Origin: Azolla caroliniana
Taxonomy: Eukaryota; Plantae; Polypodiophyta
DNA length: 64,000 nucleotides
Assembly: GCA_043228905.1 (NCBI GenBank)
Contig: JBHGNT010000022.1
Coordinates: 2,914,001 to 2,978,000 of the forward strand
Reading direction: 5' to 3'
The translations under genes and the position numbers were made by a program. The notes under the pieces were generated by a model that had not been told where the DNA came from, searched no databases, and saw nothing but the letters and a program-made list of their open reading frames with translations. Shown here one piece after another: positions 1-13,088 of this stretch. Each line of letters starts with the position of its first letter. The first letter of the stretch is position 1.

Positions 1-71
1 AGGACTTTATCCATTTAGCCCCATGCAAAAAGATTTGGAGGGTTAAACAAGGAACATAATCCAAGTGTAAC

Positions 72-3000
72 CTTCAGTCGCAAAGATTCTACTAGATTTG
101 GAGTTGGTAAAGCTTCAGTTGCACCAATGCCGTATTTATCAAAAATCTGCACAAGATACTCTGATTAACAGACAACCACCAGATTCAACAATATTAATAG
201 AACTAGAAAGGAACATTGTTGGTTACAGACCGGTATGGGTATTCGTCGATCATGATGAGCGGCCTCAGTCACTATAAAAGCATCTCCTAACCTTGCCCCT
301 TTAGCCTATCCAAGTATTTTCAAATGAATTTTAAGTGAGGATAACAATCTTTCACTATAAAAGCATTTCCTAACCCTGCCCTTTTAGCCTACCCAAGCAT
401 TTTCAAGCGCATTTAATTAAGAATAGCAATTGGAGGCACAGCACCCTCTAGACAAAAAACAATATCCAAAGAACAAAATAATAATGCAACAAAATAAAAG
501 AGGAATATACACCTTAAAGCCACCAGCAGTTCCCATGTTAATGATCAAATCAGGCTTAATAGCCTGTATAGATGCATATGTTAATAAGGCAGCAGGTACA
601 GTTCCAACATTGTCCACACCTGTAGGGATGCAATCAAGATCGCAATGAGGTGCAAGTAATGAGCTTGCAAAGAATTGTGCATTTTCTAATCGAAACGTCA
701 AACTCTTCACTCACCAAAAATCAAACACTTCCCTGGCACAACTAGACTTATATTTAATCCGTTATACACCCCATGATATCTCACCCATGGAAATCCAGGA
801 GGAAATCTGCAAAACAAATGACCAATATCGTTGATTCACTTCATACATAGCCACAGATTATGTTGAATTTGGGCTTCGTTGTAAGGAAACATGAATAGCC
901 CTTCCACATCATTAATTTTTGTGACTTCAATGTGCTTCAAGAACACAACTACAGTTTGTTTTTCTATTCAGCTATCTTCAGTCTTATACATTCCCAGACT
1001 CTCAACTGCACATGCTAGAGCTGACCCATGAATGTCAAACATTTTCAATACCGTCAATAAAATGAGATCACTCAACTACCTGATCAATGAAATTTCAAAA
1101 TTCCACTGTAAATCAGTAAGGTGGGTTAGGAAGGATTGAGATCATCAACCCATGAGTTGCATGAAAACATTGGATTATCATTAATACACCTTTCTTATTC
1201 TTTGCAGATGGCACAGTTCACAATTCTTAATGCCAAAACTACACTTGAATGCACCCTTTCCACTATCATGGCACTAAAATGCATTCAGAAGTTTAAGCAC
1301 CGGTACCGCGACTAGTCTCTATGTATTTGTGAAAATAGATCAATCTACAGTGAAAATAGCAAGGAATCTCGTTCATACATATGTAGGTCTATATTGTCTG
1401 TAAACTATCCAAGAAAAGTTCAAACAGACAAATTTGTAGGTATGTGTGTGTGTGTGTGTGTGTGTCAAAAGTAAAGAAATGGAAAGCCCCTATTTTGTTT
1501 TCTAAAATTAGTTTCAAAGCACAAAAATATGGACAAGAACACAAAGGTCTTGATCACATCATCAAAGATAACAATCAATTAGTTATATGCACACCAACAT
1601 CATTCAATCTTTGACATCCCCACAGAACTCTATTGCAAACCCCACAAATATTCAAGAGTTAAGAAAACAACCAAATAAATAATAAACTGAGTCATGACAG
1701 TCGAAGATTACAGGGAACCATCATCTAGCTGGAGTTTTAATGATTGCACAAGCGGATAAGCTTCTACCTTCATTGCTGCAAAAAAGAAAAAGGAAAACAT
1801 CGGGTATCAACAACCACAATTGATTTTAGTAATACATTATGTTAATGGTTTGAAACCTCAGTGTGAGGTGAAAATACACAAAAATGTATTAAGAAGAAAT
1901 GAACTAGTAGGTCACTGTATCTCTCTTAACACAGTATTCAACAAAGAGGTTATGTATAGAGAGAGTGCAATTATATCCCAAACTTGAAGTCCCCTCAGAA
2001 GGCTTGCCATGCAGGCCTACAATGCATGTCCCAAGCCATCCCTTGTTTTGGCATCCAGGAATGTCAAAATGTTTCATTTATTTTTATCACGTATTAAATT
2101 ATACATAAACAACAATTTCATCATATATGGTGGTGACACGCTCTCTGTCTTGAGGTTCTGGAAGAATGCTAATTTTGTTTTCAAGAGACGTTGTTATAAA
2201 GTTGTGTGAGAGCGTTGGCAAATGCCAACCCAACCAATGAGTAGATCATGGGTTCATCTTATAATACAAATGGCCCCTAGTTGCATGTTTCCACCTGCTC
2301 GTCACTTGCGATAATAGCAGCTTTCATCTTGAACTTAGGGGGTAACACTCACCTAACCCCCTTACCCACATACACCCGCATACACATGCTCAAAGTCATC
2401 TGTCCGAACTCCTCTAGATCTCTACTCAAATACCAAGTAAGAACTTATCAAAAGGTTAACCTTTATCTTAATCGTCAGCACCAAACCTGACTACTCCCCT
2501 GATTCGAGTATTCACACACATCTCTTGGCACAAACTTGTGATAAGACTAGACTTTGACTTGACTTTAGGCATCCCTAATCTGTACACAAACGCATATGGT
2601 CGCATGCATATCTCGGGGATTCCTTGACATTTCTGTTTGAATTCCCATGCAAACTTGTCATAGGATTAGCATTCCAGCCTCCAACTCTTAGAAATTTGCC
2701 TAACATAAAAATGAAGGCCCCACCTATGGGACAATATGATCATTTTTGCCTTCAAGTCTTAACTATAAGAAACCTTAGATTTTTGCTGAAGAAATCAAGG
2801 CTTTCAATTTACACATTCATAGCTGAGATTGGATTTGAGTTGGCAATTACATCAGAGCCATCCAAGCTGACCTATATGCATCATTAACAGAGACTGGGTT
2901 TTTTTTACAACAGTTGGTTTCATTCATCTGGCCTGGAACACGCCACGAGATAGATACAGCATACTTGTCTTTGATTCCTCACAACTTTTGGCACCTCGGG

Positions 3001-4397
3001 AATTCTGTGCTCCCAAGTGATCACATGGTTGACATGGGCTGGTGTGCATACATACATTACCAAGCTTCCAATATGGCCTGGACAGTTACTTGCCCGCAAT
3101 GATTAGTGTTATTAGCCAAAACCTCACTAGATTGGACAGTTACAGAACTTGGGAGCAACTAATTTGACCTCTCCAGAAGAAGATGGCTTTCAACAGAAAC
3201 AAACTTCTAACGTTGAAGAATGATGACTTCGTGTTGGAACTAGCTACATGCACAACCACCTCTCTTATATGGTATAAGGTGTGTAATTGGTCGGCTCCAT
3301 ACGTTATCACATGGAAACGGCCAGATCACATTCATTGAGGGCAAGTGTTGGTCAACTCCTTTTGTTTATTATGTGATGGTGAGGCAGAGAGAAGAACGTT
3401 TTACATGTAGGTATCAAGTCTCCAGGAACATGACAGCAATACATTACCACCCTCTTCACAGGCAACTTACCCTCATTACATGAGCCTAGAGTCATTTTCA
3501 ACTAGTGTTCAACAAGAGCTCTGTACTTATTGAGAAGAATTTTAAGACAGCTGGAGCAGATGCCAAAACTGACACAAGGGCTTACAAGTCATACACTACT
3601 TCTAACCTGTGGCTACAGCTTCATCATTACAATTTTCAGATCCCACAACAAAAATACTAGGAGCCTATGCAAACCTTGCCGGGTGTGACTCTTGAGAGAT
3701 CCACGAGGTCTCCACCCTAGGAGGAGATTGAGGAGCGAATATTACAGACACATCTAGACCATCATCACTTGTTTCCAGGATCACCATCAAAACAACCATT
3801 TGATGAGAAGGCCTATATTTGCCATTCTACATAGGTGTGTGCTAAAGATGTTTGGGATTATGCCCACATGGATGAATTAGAATGCACTATAGGGTCATCT
3901 TTTCTTATAGTAACACTAATTCATTTACATAACAATTTCCATTTTAGTTTATAATTTACTCGATGACCTTTTCTTTTAGAATGGGTGAGATATCACATAA
4001 ACATTATGTCTCTTTAACATTTTTGGGTCTCGTACAACACTTTCACCCCTAAAGAGATGATTAATATAGCCTTTCTTTCCTCTTTCTATCCGTGATGATA
4101 ACATCATTGTCATTTGGGTCATTTGTCATTTGTCATTTCTCCATTTTTCATTTATCAGACATTGTCATCATCGTCATCTACCCTTTTTTCACCAGGACAA
4201 AAATCGATCATTTTCTTCTTCTTTCATATTAGGGCTGTACCTTTATGGGTACACAACGTTTTACATACCCATGTATCCGGATTCAAATCTAGCTATATGC
4301 ACTACTTTGCTCAATGTCATTGAGGAAATTCAGGGTTGACAACATGAATTTCTAGTCTCCAACAGAAAGCTATACAGCCTGACTACAATTAAATGGG

Positions 4398-4459
<62 letters not shown>

Positions 4460-4701
4460 CAGTAAAGCATACAACTGCATTATTTGCATGTAAACACCAC
4501 TATTACAACCACTTAACCTTTCTAATAAAATAGAGGTACATTCTCTACAGCCATAAAGAAAACTTGAATATAGACTTGAGGAAATGATCCCCGCATGCTC
4601 CAATACCTAAAAGTGCCACATAGGAATTACCTTTCAAAGTCCTAATATATAACTTCAACTCCATTTCTACCATCAAAAATGAAAGAATTGCGCAGATCAT
4701 C

Positions 4702-4751
<50 letters not shown>

Positions 4752-4935
4752 TACACACACACTCTCTCTCTCACACACACACATACACACACACACACTC
4801 TCTCTCTCTCTCACACACACACACACATACACACACACTCCACATGCAGAAATACGTTGATATAGACTTACCGACTACAAATAGGATGGAAGAGATCTGT
4901 TTGGTCTCTGATGACAGGGCAACAGAAGAAGCCAT
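72..4935 (-). CDS. MTN: 5'-methylthioadenosine/S-adenosylhomocysteine nucleosidase (MTA nucleosidase), 5' six exons; remaining exons lie beyond the window start
   Basis: Exons 4872-4935, 1712-1775, 715-806, 513-619, 231-305 and 72-146 all have GT-AG boundaries and stay in frame: MASSVALSSETKQISSILFVVAMKVEAYPLV...PWVRYHGVY...GVDNVGTVPAALLTYASIQAIKPDLIINMGTAGGFKAKGARLGD...HHDRRIPIPIFDKYGIG. This matches plant MTN1/MTN2 motifs (AMxxEA, GTxGG, HDRRIPIP). Confidence 0.95.
269..414. repeat. 83-bp-period tandem duplication of the MTN exon 5 splice acceptor and exon 5' half
   Basis: tcactataaaagcatctcctaaccttgcccctttagcctatccaagtattttcaa (from 269) vs tcactataaaagcatttcctaaccctgcccttttagcctacccaagcattttcaa (from 352). 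Confidence 0.9.
1443..1465. repeat. (TG)n microsatellite in MTN intron 2
   Basis: Directly visible. Confidence 0.95.
4400..4457. repeat. (CT)n microsatellite in MTN intron 1
   Basis: Directly visible. Confidence 0.95.
4704..4840. repeat. Compound (CT)n/(CA)n microsatellite just inside MTN intron 1
   Basis: Three alternating CT/CA blocks are directly visible. Confidence 0.95.
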
Positions 4936-5152
4936 TCTGCAGTAAAGTCCCCACTATGTACTAGTAGGAATGGCCTCTTCTTCTTCTTTCTCTCCTGCAG
5001 AAGGAGAAGAAGACCCTCCTTTGGGTGGTTTTGGGCATGGGCTTTTTGAAACCACTAGAGGTTTTTTTTGCTTTTGGCGGTTTTGGTGAATACAGGTAGT
5101 TTTTTTGGGGGGAGTAATTATGTCAACGAGGGGTATATTTGGGAATTTTGAG

Positions 5153-5324
5153 AAACCTCAAATCCTTCGGAGGTTTTTAAAGGCTACAAAAATTTCATAT
5201 TCTTCGAAACTTTGTCCGGGCATTCGGTCCAAGTGTGAACACCTCAAATCCTTTAGGTTATTTTATAAGGCTACAAATTTTCATATTCTTCATAACTTTG
5301 TCTCGGCTTTCGGTTCAGCTTGTG
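5153..5324. repeat. ~86-bp diverged tandem duplication in the MTN-RPA49 intergenic region
   Basis: acctcaaatcctt...aaggctacaaa..ttcatattcttc..aactttgtc occurs twice (~5153, ~5240). Confidence 0.8.
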
Positions 5325-5405
5325 TTTCAGGAGATGATCATACCATTGATCGTTCGATGAGGTGCCCATAATAAAACCCAATAGTAGTATAAGTAGGGAT
5401 GACAT

Positions 5406-5914
5406 TAGCAATCGGCAACGGTCGGTTCGAGAGTGTCAAACTCAAAGCATTTTAATCCAAACCGTTACAAAAATTTGATACTTAAACCGAACCAAACCAC
5501 GAAACCATTGAAATCAAACCATTACAAACCAAAATTCAAGCTCAACCCAAATGGTTTTAGAGACTTTCAAACATTTAAAACCGTTAAAATTATAGTTCCG
5601 CGGTTCGGTTCGTTGGTTTTCAAGTTAGGTCAAAATTCAACATTTTGCATTTTAATTTAAAATTTTTTAATATTTTTAATATTTCAAATTATAATTTCTC
5701 GAAATTTAAAGGTTTTTCTTAAAATAGACAAATTAGGCTTAAAGTGTTCAGACAAATATTTACAAAAATTATCAAGAGTCAATCCTAATCCATCAAACCG
5801 TTTGAACCACGGTTTCAAACCGTTAAACTAATCAAGACTTGAACCGAACCAAACAATTTAAAACGTTACGCTGTGGTTTCACGCTTTGGTTTGATTCACC
5901 ATTGCCGATTGTTA
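5406..5914. mobile_element. hAT-like MITE
   Basis: 16-bp TIRs TAGCAATCGGCAACGG (5406) / CCATTGCCGATTGTTA (5899-5914); 8-bp TSD GATGACAT / GATGACAA; internal AAACCG/CGGTT subterminal repeats; non-coding. Confidence 0.85.
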
Positions 5915-6312
5915 GATGACAATGGGATATAGTCATTTAAGAGAACTCGATCATGGTCGCACAATAATATATATTGAACAAGCATTGTCTTCGTCACCCT
6001 AACTAGCAATATAAGCTCATATGATGTTCAACGGAACAAAATTGTAGAAGGTAAAAAATGATAATAATTTGAGAGCGTCAATGTTATGTCTTGACGCTTG
6101 TCCTTCTACTTAATTGAAGTAATCGATTACATATTCGTGTGTAGATCGAACGTTTGGCTGATTGTGTATTAATTTTGAGGGCCAATTTTGTGTTTCAGAT
6201 TACCTTCGATTTTATCGCTGTCAAGATAACTAATATCGTAAAGGCAGTACATATGTAGTGATGTACACTAGAATACTCTTCGCCTATGAGGCGAGGCAGG
6301 GCATTGATATGC

Positions 6313-6445
6313 AAGGGTGTCTCGGGGGGGGCTTGGTTAAACCGGTTTAGAGACCGGTTTGGTTCAAGTTTGAAAACTTCCAAACCGGTTTGGTTTGGGC
6401 AATGCCAAAACCGGTTAAGCCGAAACCGAACCATTGCCGACACCC
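6313..6445. mobile_element. Short remnant of a related AAACCG-rich hAT-like MITE
   Basis: Dense AAACCG/CGGTTT motifs ending in CCATTGCCGACACCC, sharing the CCATTGCCGA terminus of 5406-5914. The left end is damaged and no TSD is seen. Confidence 0.55.
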
Positions 6446-6570
6446 CCCCCCCCCCCCATCAAAGGTTCTGAGAAATGAGAAAAATGACCCCCTCTCTGCT
6501 TGTGTTTGCCACTGTAAAAAAAAGGCTTTAAACCTAATCAGCTCCTCTGTTCTGCTCTGTTTCAGGTGGC

Positions 6571-9347
6571 ATGGAGTCTCCTCAAAGCCTCAAGAAGAAG
6601 AATAAGAAGAAGAAAAAGGATAAGCACAAGACAGAGGTTACCCTAGACTTCATCCCTGCCAAAGAAGGCCATTCCTGCCCCTTTGTTGGTTACTTCCCTT
6701 CTGGTTTCGACCCAGATGGATACAAAGGAAAGAATCACAACAAGAACCCTTTCAAGAAGAAAGGCAATGATATTGATAACGAAAAAGAAGAAGAAGAAAC
6801 AAGGTTGCAAGTGAGAGGCTATCAGAACACGGAAAAATATAAGTCAAGGCAACATCAGCTTGTTGTGACTCCTTCTGATGGTGGAGTCGATTTTGTTGGC
6901 TCTAATTTCTACGGAGAAGGTGCGGTTTGGCAACCGGGTAATTATGCTCTTGGCGTATTTAACAAGGATACTCAAACCTTGCAACTCCTGCCGATCGCTG
7001 GATCAAAGGTAGGCCACATATATTTATCCATCGTGACATATTTGAGTAATTAATGGGAAATTCATGCTGTTTACCACTAGTGGTTTATATGAATTCATAA
7101 TGTTCAAGTAGTTTATACGAAATTCATATTGTTTCAGTGGTAAATACAACGTAATCATGTTGTTTGAGTAGTTTATAGCGAATTCATGTTATTTGAGTAG
7201 ACACGTTATTGAATAGTTCATGTAAATCCATAAATTTTGAGTACATATGCACATTCCCATCATTTGATTACTTTATGTGGATTCATGTTATTTTGAGTAG
7301 TTTATATGAATGCACACTATTTTGAGTGCTTTTAATGCATGTTATGTGAATTAGTTTATATAAAATTCTTTCTATTTAATACGTAATCTCATTTGAGTGA
7401 TTTATGAAAATCCACGTCCTTTACTCCACCTATAGTTGCGAATTCTCATCAGAACCTCTAGTATGATAGGTTTCACCCCTGTTTCGAGGAGCATATCGGA
7501 GTATGGCTTGATCGTACTGACCCCAATGTAGCATCACAAAAACATTGTCGGTACCTTCTCAATGCCATTTGATTTAGAAAGGGAATAGGGACCTCCCAAT
7601 GGCTCCACCCCATATAGCAAAAATTTAGATTACCGATGCAATGAAATGTTCAATCATTGTCTGCCATCTTGGAAAGCTATATCAATATTGCATTTGGATT
7701 CAAAGATTGCCCAACTGACTTTAAACCAACGTTCTATGCATATGCCACAATTATGGTTGGCGGGGAAGTCTCACAGGATTTATAGCTTCACCATTGTTAT
7801 TGAGGCATGGGTAAACATCTGGCTGCTTAGTCTTGACGATCATGTATTTGGTTTTCCTCAATGGTAGGTTGCTCTGTTTGCAGAAATGCTCAACCATGAA
7901 GCAAGCTTTGGAGGATATTGACAACTGCATTGAGATTTAGAGGGAGAGGGAGAGGCCAAAACAGCCTATGAGACTGAAATGATAATTATATATATTTTTA
8001 ATTCCTTCTTGCTTTTGGTTTTTGTTTTGATAATATTTCAAGGTTCTTAGAATGGAACCAAGAGTGCGGGGTGTGAACTATGATATAGAATCGAATTTGG
8101 GAGCCATGGATGTGGAGATCTCAAAGGAAATGATGTTACAAAAGAGAAACTTGTTAACGTCCACATTTGGTACTCATAAGAGCCGAATTCGGGTAAGTGA
8201 TTAATCAGTTTCTAGTATGTTTTTAGCCTGAAAGTGGGCTATATCTCTGATGGTTTGAAAATGCAACACTATAGCTGAATAGATATGAAAGGGGACGAGT
8301 AAAAGATGATGCATTAGGAGACAAAGAGGAGATAGGGCGACTATTTGAGAAAGCAGGTGATAATGCGTCCGTTCTGACGAGTGAAGAAGCGTTGCAAAAA
8401 GCTAATGATGCAATCAAGAGGAATATACCGCCTTATGATCTGACTGCCACAACTTGTGAAAGGGCTTATATTTTGAGTAAGATCATCACTCCCGAGGAGC
8501 AGAGTTGCTTGGATGACATAGACTCCTTGAAAGCAGCTATTGGAAAACAAGAAAAGATCGAGGAGCTTCAAAGAGAAAAACCATATCCTGAATTTGTTCT
8601 TGTTCGTCTACAAAAACTCAAATATTTACAGGTTTGTATAATGCTTTGGTGATCACCTTCTTGATTTTCCATTAGTCACATGTATACCTGTCAAGCTCTT
8701 TATTTTGCTGCTTCACACTAAAATGTAACTGGATATCATGTATTACATAGAATATATCATAGAAAATTAAACCATGATTCTGTATAGTCAACAATGTGTA
8801 CTAATCTTTTACTTTTTTGTAACACGAATCACAGGATGAGTCCAAGAACAGAAGACTCATGATATTGTCATATTTAAGGCATCTCCTTGCATTTTACAAC
8901 CTTCCACGACATGTAATAAAGTCTATAGTGGATCCATTGGGTTCTCATGGGGACAGAGGAACCTCAAAAGCCATAGATTTGACAAGCTATGCAAAAATTC
9001 CAGATACAGTTGCTGCAAAGCTCATAAAGCTTTTTACCGATGTGAATGACAACGAGCCTCGGGTCCAGACAACTGAGAAGAAGAATTTACTCATAAGCTA
9101 TATTCTTGTTCTTGGTTTGATGATAGATGATTATAGAGCTGATCCATATGATCTTGCAGTAGAGTTGAGGATGTCAATCTCAGAGTTGAAAAAGCATTAT
9201 ATGGAAATAGGTTGCAAGTTCAAGGCTGTAAAAGAAGCTGATCGAGGGGCTGTTGATTTGAAAAGTGCACAAAGACTTTATGAGGCCGTTTTGCCAGTTC
9301 CTTTGCAATTCCCCACATTGAGAAACGCCCCGAAAAGGAAGAGATAA
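6571..9347 (+). CDS. RPA49: DNA-directed RNA polymerase I subunit RPA49 (A49/PAF53-like), ~485 aa
   Basis: Exons 6571-7008, 8043-8192, 8275-8631 and 8835-9347 (all phase 0, GT-AG). Motifs PFVGYFPSGFDP, VDFVGSN..GE, YALGVFNK..TLQLLP, RMEP, TFGT.K, RNIPPYD..AT..E.AY, LLISYILVLGL.ID.Y, LAVELRMS...L..HY.EIGCK, LPVPLQFP match plant A49-like subunits. Basic N- and C-termini. Confidence 0.9.
7060..7410. repeat. Degenerate ~27-30 bp minisatellite in RPA49 intron 1
   Basis: Recurrent aattcatgtt(a)tttgagtagtttatat variants. Confidence 0.7.
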
Positions 9348-9582
9348 AAAGAGATGTAAGTAAAACCTCTTCACTAAATTTGGCTAGAGGATTCTTTTTG
9401 CTGTTTTGGTCCTTAAAAGTAAGGATATGTGTATGCTCTTCTCCATGTGTGGAGAATATGTAAGCTGGCATTTCAATACTTCTGTATGCTTTTTTCTTTG
9501 GTCTGGACTTGAGAATGTGAAGATAAAAGCACAATTGCAAGAGCAAATGGAATCTTCTTGAATCTTCCTAAACACAGTTCTT

Positions 9583-9807
9583 AGGTTATGTGCCATGAGA
9601 ATCAAGTGCAAGGAAACTTTTCACGGGGTGTTGGTAGAGATTGTATATGTTTGCATAACGATTACCAATTGAAAACCATTCTACAATGCTTTTTCAGGTT
9701 ATGTGCTATGAGAATCAAGTGTAAGGAAACTTTTCATGGGGTGTTGGTGGAGATTGTATATGTTTGCATAACTATTACCAATTGAAAACCATTCTACAAT
9801 GCTTTTT
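9583..9807. repeat. 113-bp tandem duplication downstream of RPA49 (3' UTR region)
   Basis: aggttatgtgc.atgagaatcaagtg.aaggaaacttttca...gaaaaccattctacaatgctttt at 9583 and 9696. Confidence 0.9.
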
Positions 9808-10642
9808 CTCTCCGGTTTGAATTTGTGAGACTGACTAGCAATTGAAATCTTATTGAATCCGTTTCCCTTAGGCATAGTCATCAGGACTTGATATTGTCTT
9901 CTCAAGACACCTATTGTGTATTTTGATCCTCTTTATACAGACTAACCAGAATTCTGTAAAATGTTGCTATAGGGATACAATGTGAAATCTTCTTTAATAT
10001 CCCCAACCATAGCCATTTCTGACTATTTGTTACTCAAGAGATTTTAGATAGTAAACGCTTGCTTCCGGTTTACTATCTATCATTAGAAGGGCTTAGCTAG
10101 CTATTGCAGTAAAAAGTATAATTACAAGCTAAACCCTAAACTGGCATTCAAGTATTTTGTTCCACGTAATATGTAGAAGTAGTATTCTTCAAATGATGAG
10201 ATAACAAGAGGGAAATTGTCTTCAATCACCCGACATGCTTTATGGTGGTGTCACGAGGATTCGTAGAGAATGTTTTGTATCTTTGTACAATGCTTGAAAT
10301 CCTTTTTGTGGACAAGGAAATAAGAGAATTGTATTTGTTGGGAAGTGTTTACTTAGTGAGATGACAATATCTAGTCATTGGGTTGATTTTCATTTAATCC
10401 CTTTACTTCACCTTCTAGATTTCCATTCATTATTGTGTATCAACAATTGTGTATCCCTTCGGGAAATTTCATTGGCTACTTGCCATTCTTGCTTTCACTA
10501 GGCTCAGTTAGTTGAAATGGTGGAGCGCAAGCTAAAGTTTTGCATAAATCATAAGAGAGCATTTGTTTTTTTGTTAGGAACAATGATGTTCTCGTATTAT
10601 AAATGTATTTATATGGTTGTTGATGTTGTATTGTCAATATAG

Positions 10643-10890
10643 TTTAAGTCAAACTAACATAACAATAATAACCCAATATGTGAATCTTGAGCAATAGTCA
10701 ACATATAGAGCAAGGAATTGCCCTTTCTATGCATGTAAAATTGTTGCATCAAAATGAATGATTTAAGTTAAACTAATGTAACAACAATAACCCAATATGT
10801 GAATCTTGAACTATAGTCAAAATGCATAGTCAAGCATTACCCTTTTTATGGAACCACGAACCATGTAAAATTGTTACATCAAAAGGAATT
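10643..10890. repeat. ~119-bp diverged tandem duplication
   Basis: tttaagt.aaactaa..taacaa.aataacccaatatgtgaatcttga...catgtaaaattgtt.catcaaaa at 10643 and 10762. Confidence 0.8.
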
Positions 10891-11267
10891 TGATCAAGGT
10901 GATCATCTTACACATGGTACTTTACGTATTTAGTATGTAACCATGCTTGATGATGTAAACTTAAGCCATCCATATGCCTACCATAAGCTTACATGAGACC
11001 ATTAGTACATATGCATTATGTAGTTTATATTATGTGTGCACATTGCATACAAGGTCATTGTTTAATTATGTCTCTTAATTGAAGAAAGAAAACTATCTTA
11101 CATTAAAGTTATTTAGAAGTCCATATTATGTATAAACATAACAAGGACATTGTTTTCTTACATCTTTTAGTTGAAGAAAGAAGTGACAACATGAAATTTC
11201 CTAATAGAAAACAGTCTACATTACAAAGTATATGTCGTAAGTTGTAACCGAAATTGCATCTATTATT

Positions 11268-11669
11268 TCCAAAAAAGAATATACTCCTTTAGTTAAAATA
11301 TACACAAACTCGATCCCTTTCTCGAGAAGGCCGAGCCAAGACTATCCTATCCTACACAAGAGATCTTGCTTATTTATCTTACACTTTCACATATGGCTCT
11401 AGCCATCCTTTCATGCACATCACCTACATTCACTATCCCACATGCCATGTCTTTCATGCCCCTCGTTCATCTAATGGGAGGGGGGAACAACCATTTGGGT
11501 ACTTCATACTTCCATATTATATCCATTCCATTTGATGCGGCCATCGGTGTAGTACACCATCGCTTTCGAAAATTCAGCCTCATTAGTTTTGCAGCATCGT
11601 TAGTACCATCAATCCGCTCATATTGAGCTCTTAGTGTAGTTATTAATGTGTGCCAAATTAGCTTAATCG
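11268..11669 (-). mobile_element. 5'-truncated LINE-like insertion (3' end of ORF2 plus 3' UTR) with 18-bp TSD
   Basis: Exact 18-bp direct repeat GAAATTGCATCTATTATT at 11250-11267 and 11670-11687 flanks a 402-bp insert. The minus-strand frame (IWHTLITTLRAQY...FRKRW...IIWKYEVPKWLFPPP*) resembles plant L1 ORF2 C-termini. No clear poly(A). Confidence 0.6.
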
Positions 11670-13088
11670 GAAATTGCATCTATTATTAGTTTTGCTTAAA
11701 ATATGTATAAGGAATGTCTTTTGTTCTTTCAAATTTTGAAATGCCTTTGAGGGTTCATCTCAAGAATACATGAAAAGGAAATACATAGTCTATTCTTACA
11801 ATCAAGTGAGATCTTTATCATTCTTTTGATGATAGCCTCGCATTATATTACTTACAATTTCATTCATGATGTCAAGAAAACTATATTTTGCAAATGCACA
11901 CATACGACACCGCAAATAGGAAAATAATGATTGGATTTAGATTGACATTGTAACACAATAAATACTTTAATCAAATGTTTGCTACATGTAGTATAAATTA
12001 TTTAACATCTTCAAAAAATGTGTGCTCCATGTACAAAATCCAACATGACGTGCATATGTGCTTGCAAATGTTCAAGCAATTCTTACAATAACATAACACG
12101 ATATATTGGAATTATAGAATATTTATCGGGTGCAATGTTGGTCATATTTATATGTTCTCGAGTTTTAATACTTGTGTCATATAAGACTTATATGCCATGG
12201 TGTGACAAGAATCCCAATGAGGTATTTGAGAGCAAATTAATCCACGTGCCCCACAATATACAATATCAATTAGAATAAAACAACTTAATTTTTATGGCCA
12301 TTTCATTGATTTTGGTTCGAGAACGAGAGCTCCAATTGGGAAGGAAAAAGATCATTAGAGAATCATGAAAAAATAAGCACAAGTTTTACATGAAGGGATC
12401 TAGGTTCTTTAGTATGATACTAGAGCAACACAAACTTTTTATACGTGGAGAAATGAAGTGAAAATTTACTACCTCATTTGTGAGATTGCTTGGTCTGTGA
12501 GCTCCTTCACATCTTTGATGAAAGATCGAGCAAGAGATAAATAATACCCAAGATGGGTCTAGTTGCATAGGTAAGGTTGCTTGGGGGAGGTGACTTAGTA
12601 AGAAAGTGGTGCACTCAACCCCTATATTCCATAGTAGTGTCTAGAAAATGCACTAAAACTCAAATTATGTAGCATTCGTTTTTAAGAAGGTGGCTTACCA
12701 TTAGGATTACAACCTCAATACGGAAAGAGTATTTTGTGAAATCTCAAGAAAACGAGGGGTATTTTGGAAATCTTGAAATTCAAGTAGTAGTAGTAACATG
12801 GTTTGCAAGTGGGGATGAGTTGGAACCGAAGGGCCGACATTACACATTACTCCTAGAGATGAAAGAATGGATAGATAGAACTATCATTGAACGCAAACGA
12901 GGGATACAACAATGGGGATATTGGGAATTCATGTGACACAAGGGGTCCTCAGAATTCGACAAGGTTCCAAGAACATCAACCGGTGTATAATGCTGGGGGA
13001 TTTTAGATGATTTGTTAGAGGAAAATGATGAGGGAAATGTTTCTATGACACAAGGTGAGACCAAAACAGGCTGTGCTTATCATCCTCT

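Noticed and set aside
2280-3900. Less AT-rich, coding-like stretch in MTN intron 1
   Set aside because: Probably an old TE or retrocopy, but I found no motif, terminal repeat or long frame that I could support.
4370-4945. ORFs 4370-4603 and 4679-4945
   Set aside because: These are translations of CT/CA microsatellites in MTN intron 1; the latter is also antisense to exon 1.
12730-13080. Purine-rich coding-like segment before the MITE
   Set aside because: Short frames and no recognisable domain; unassignable TE debris.
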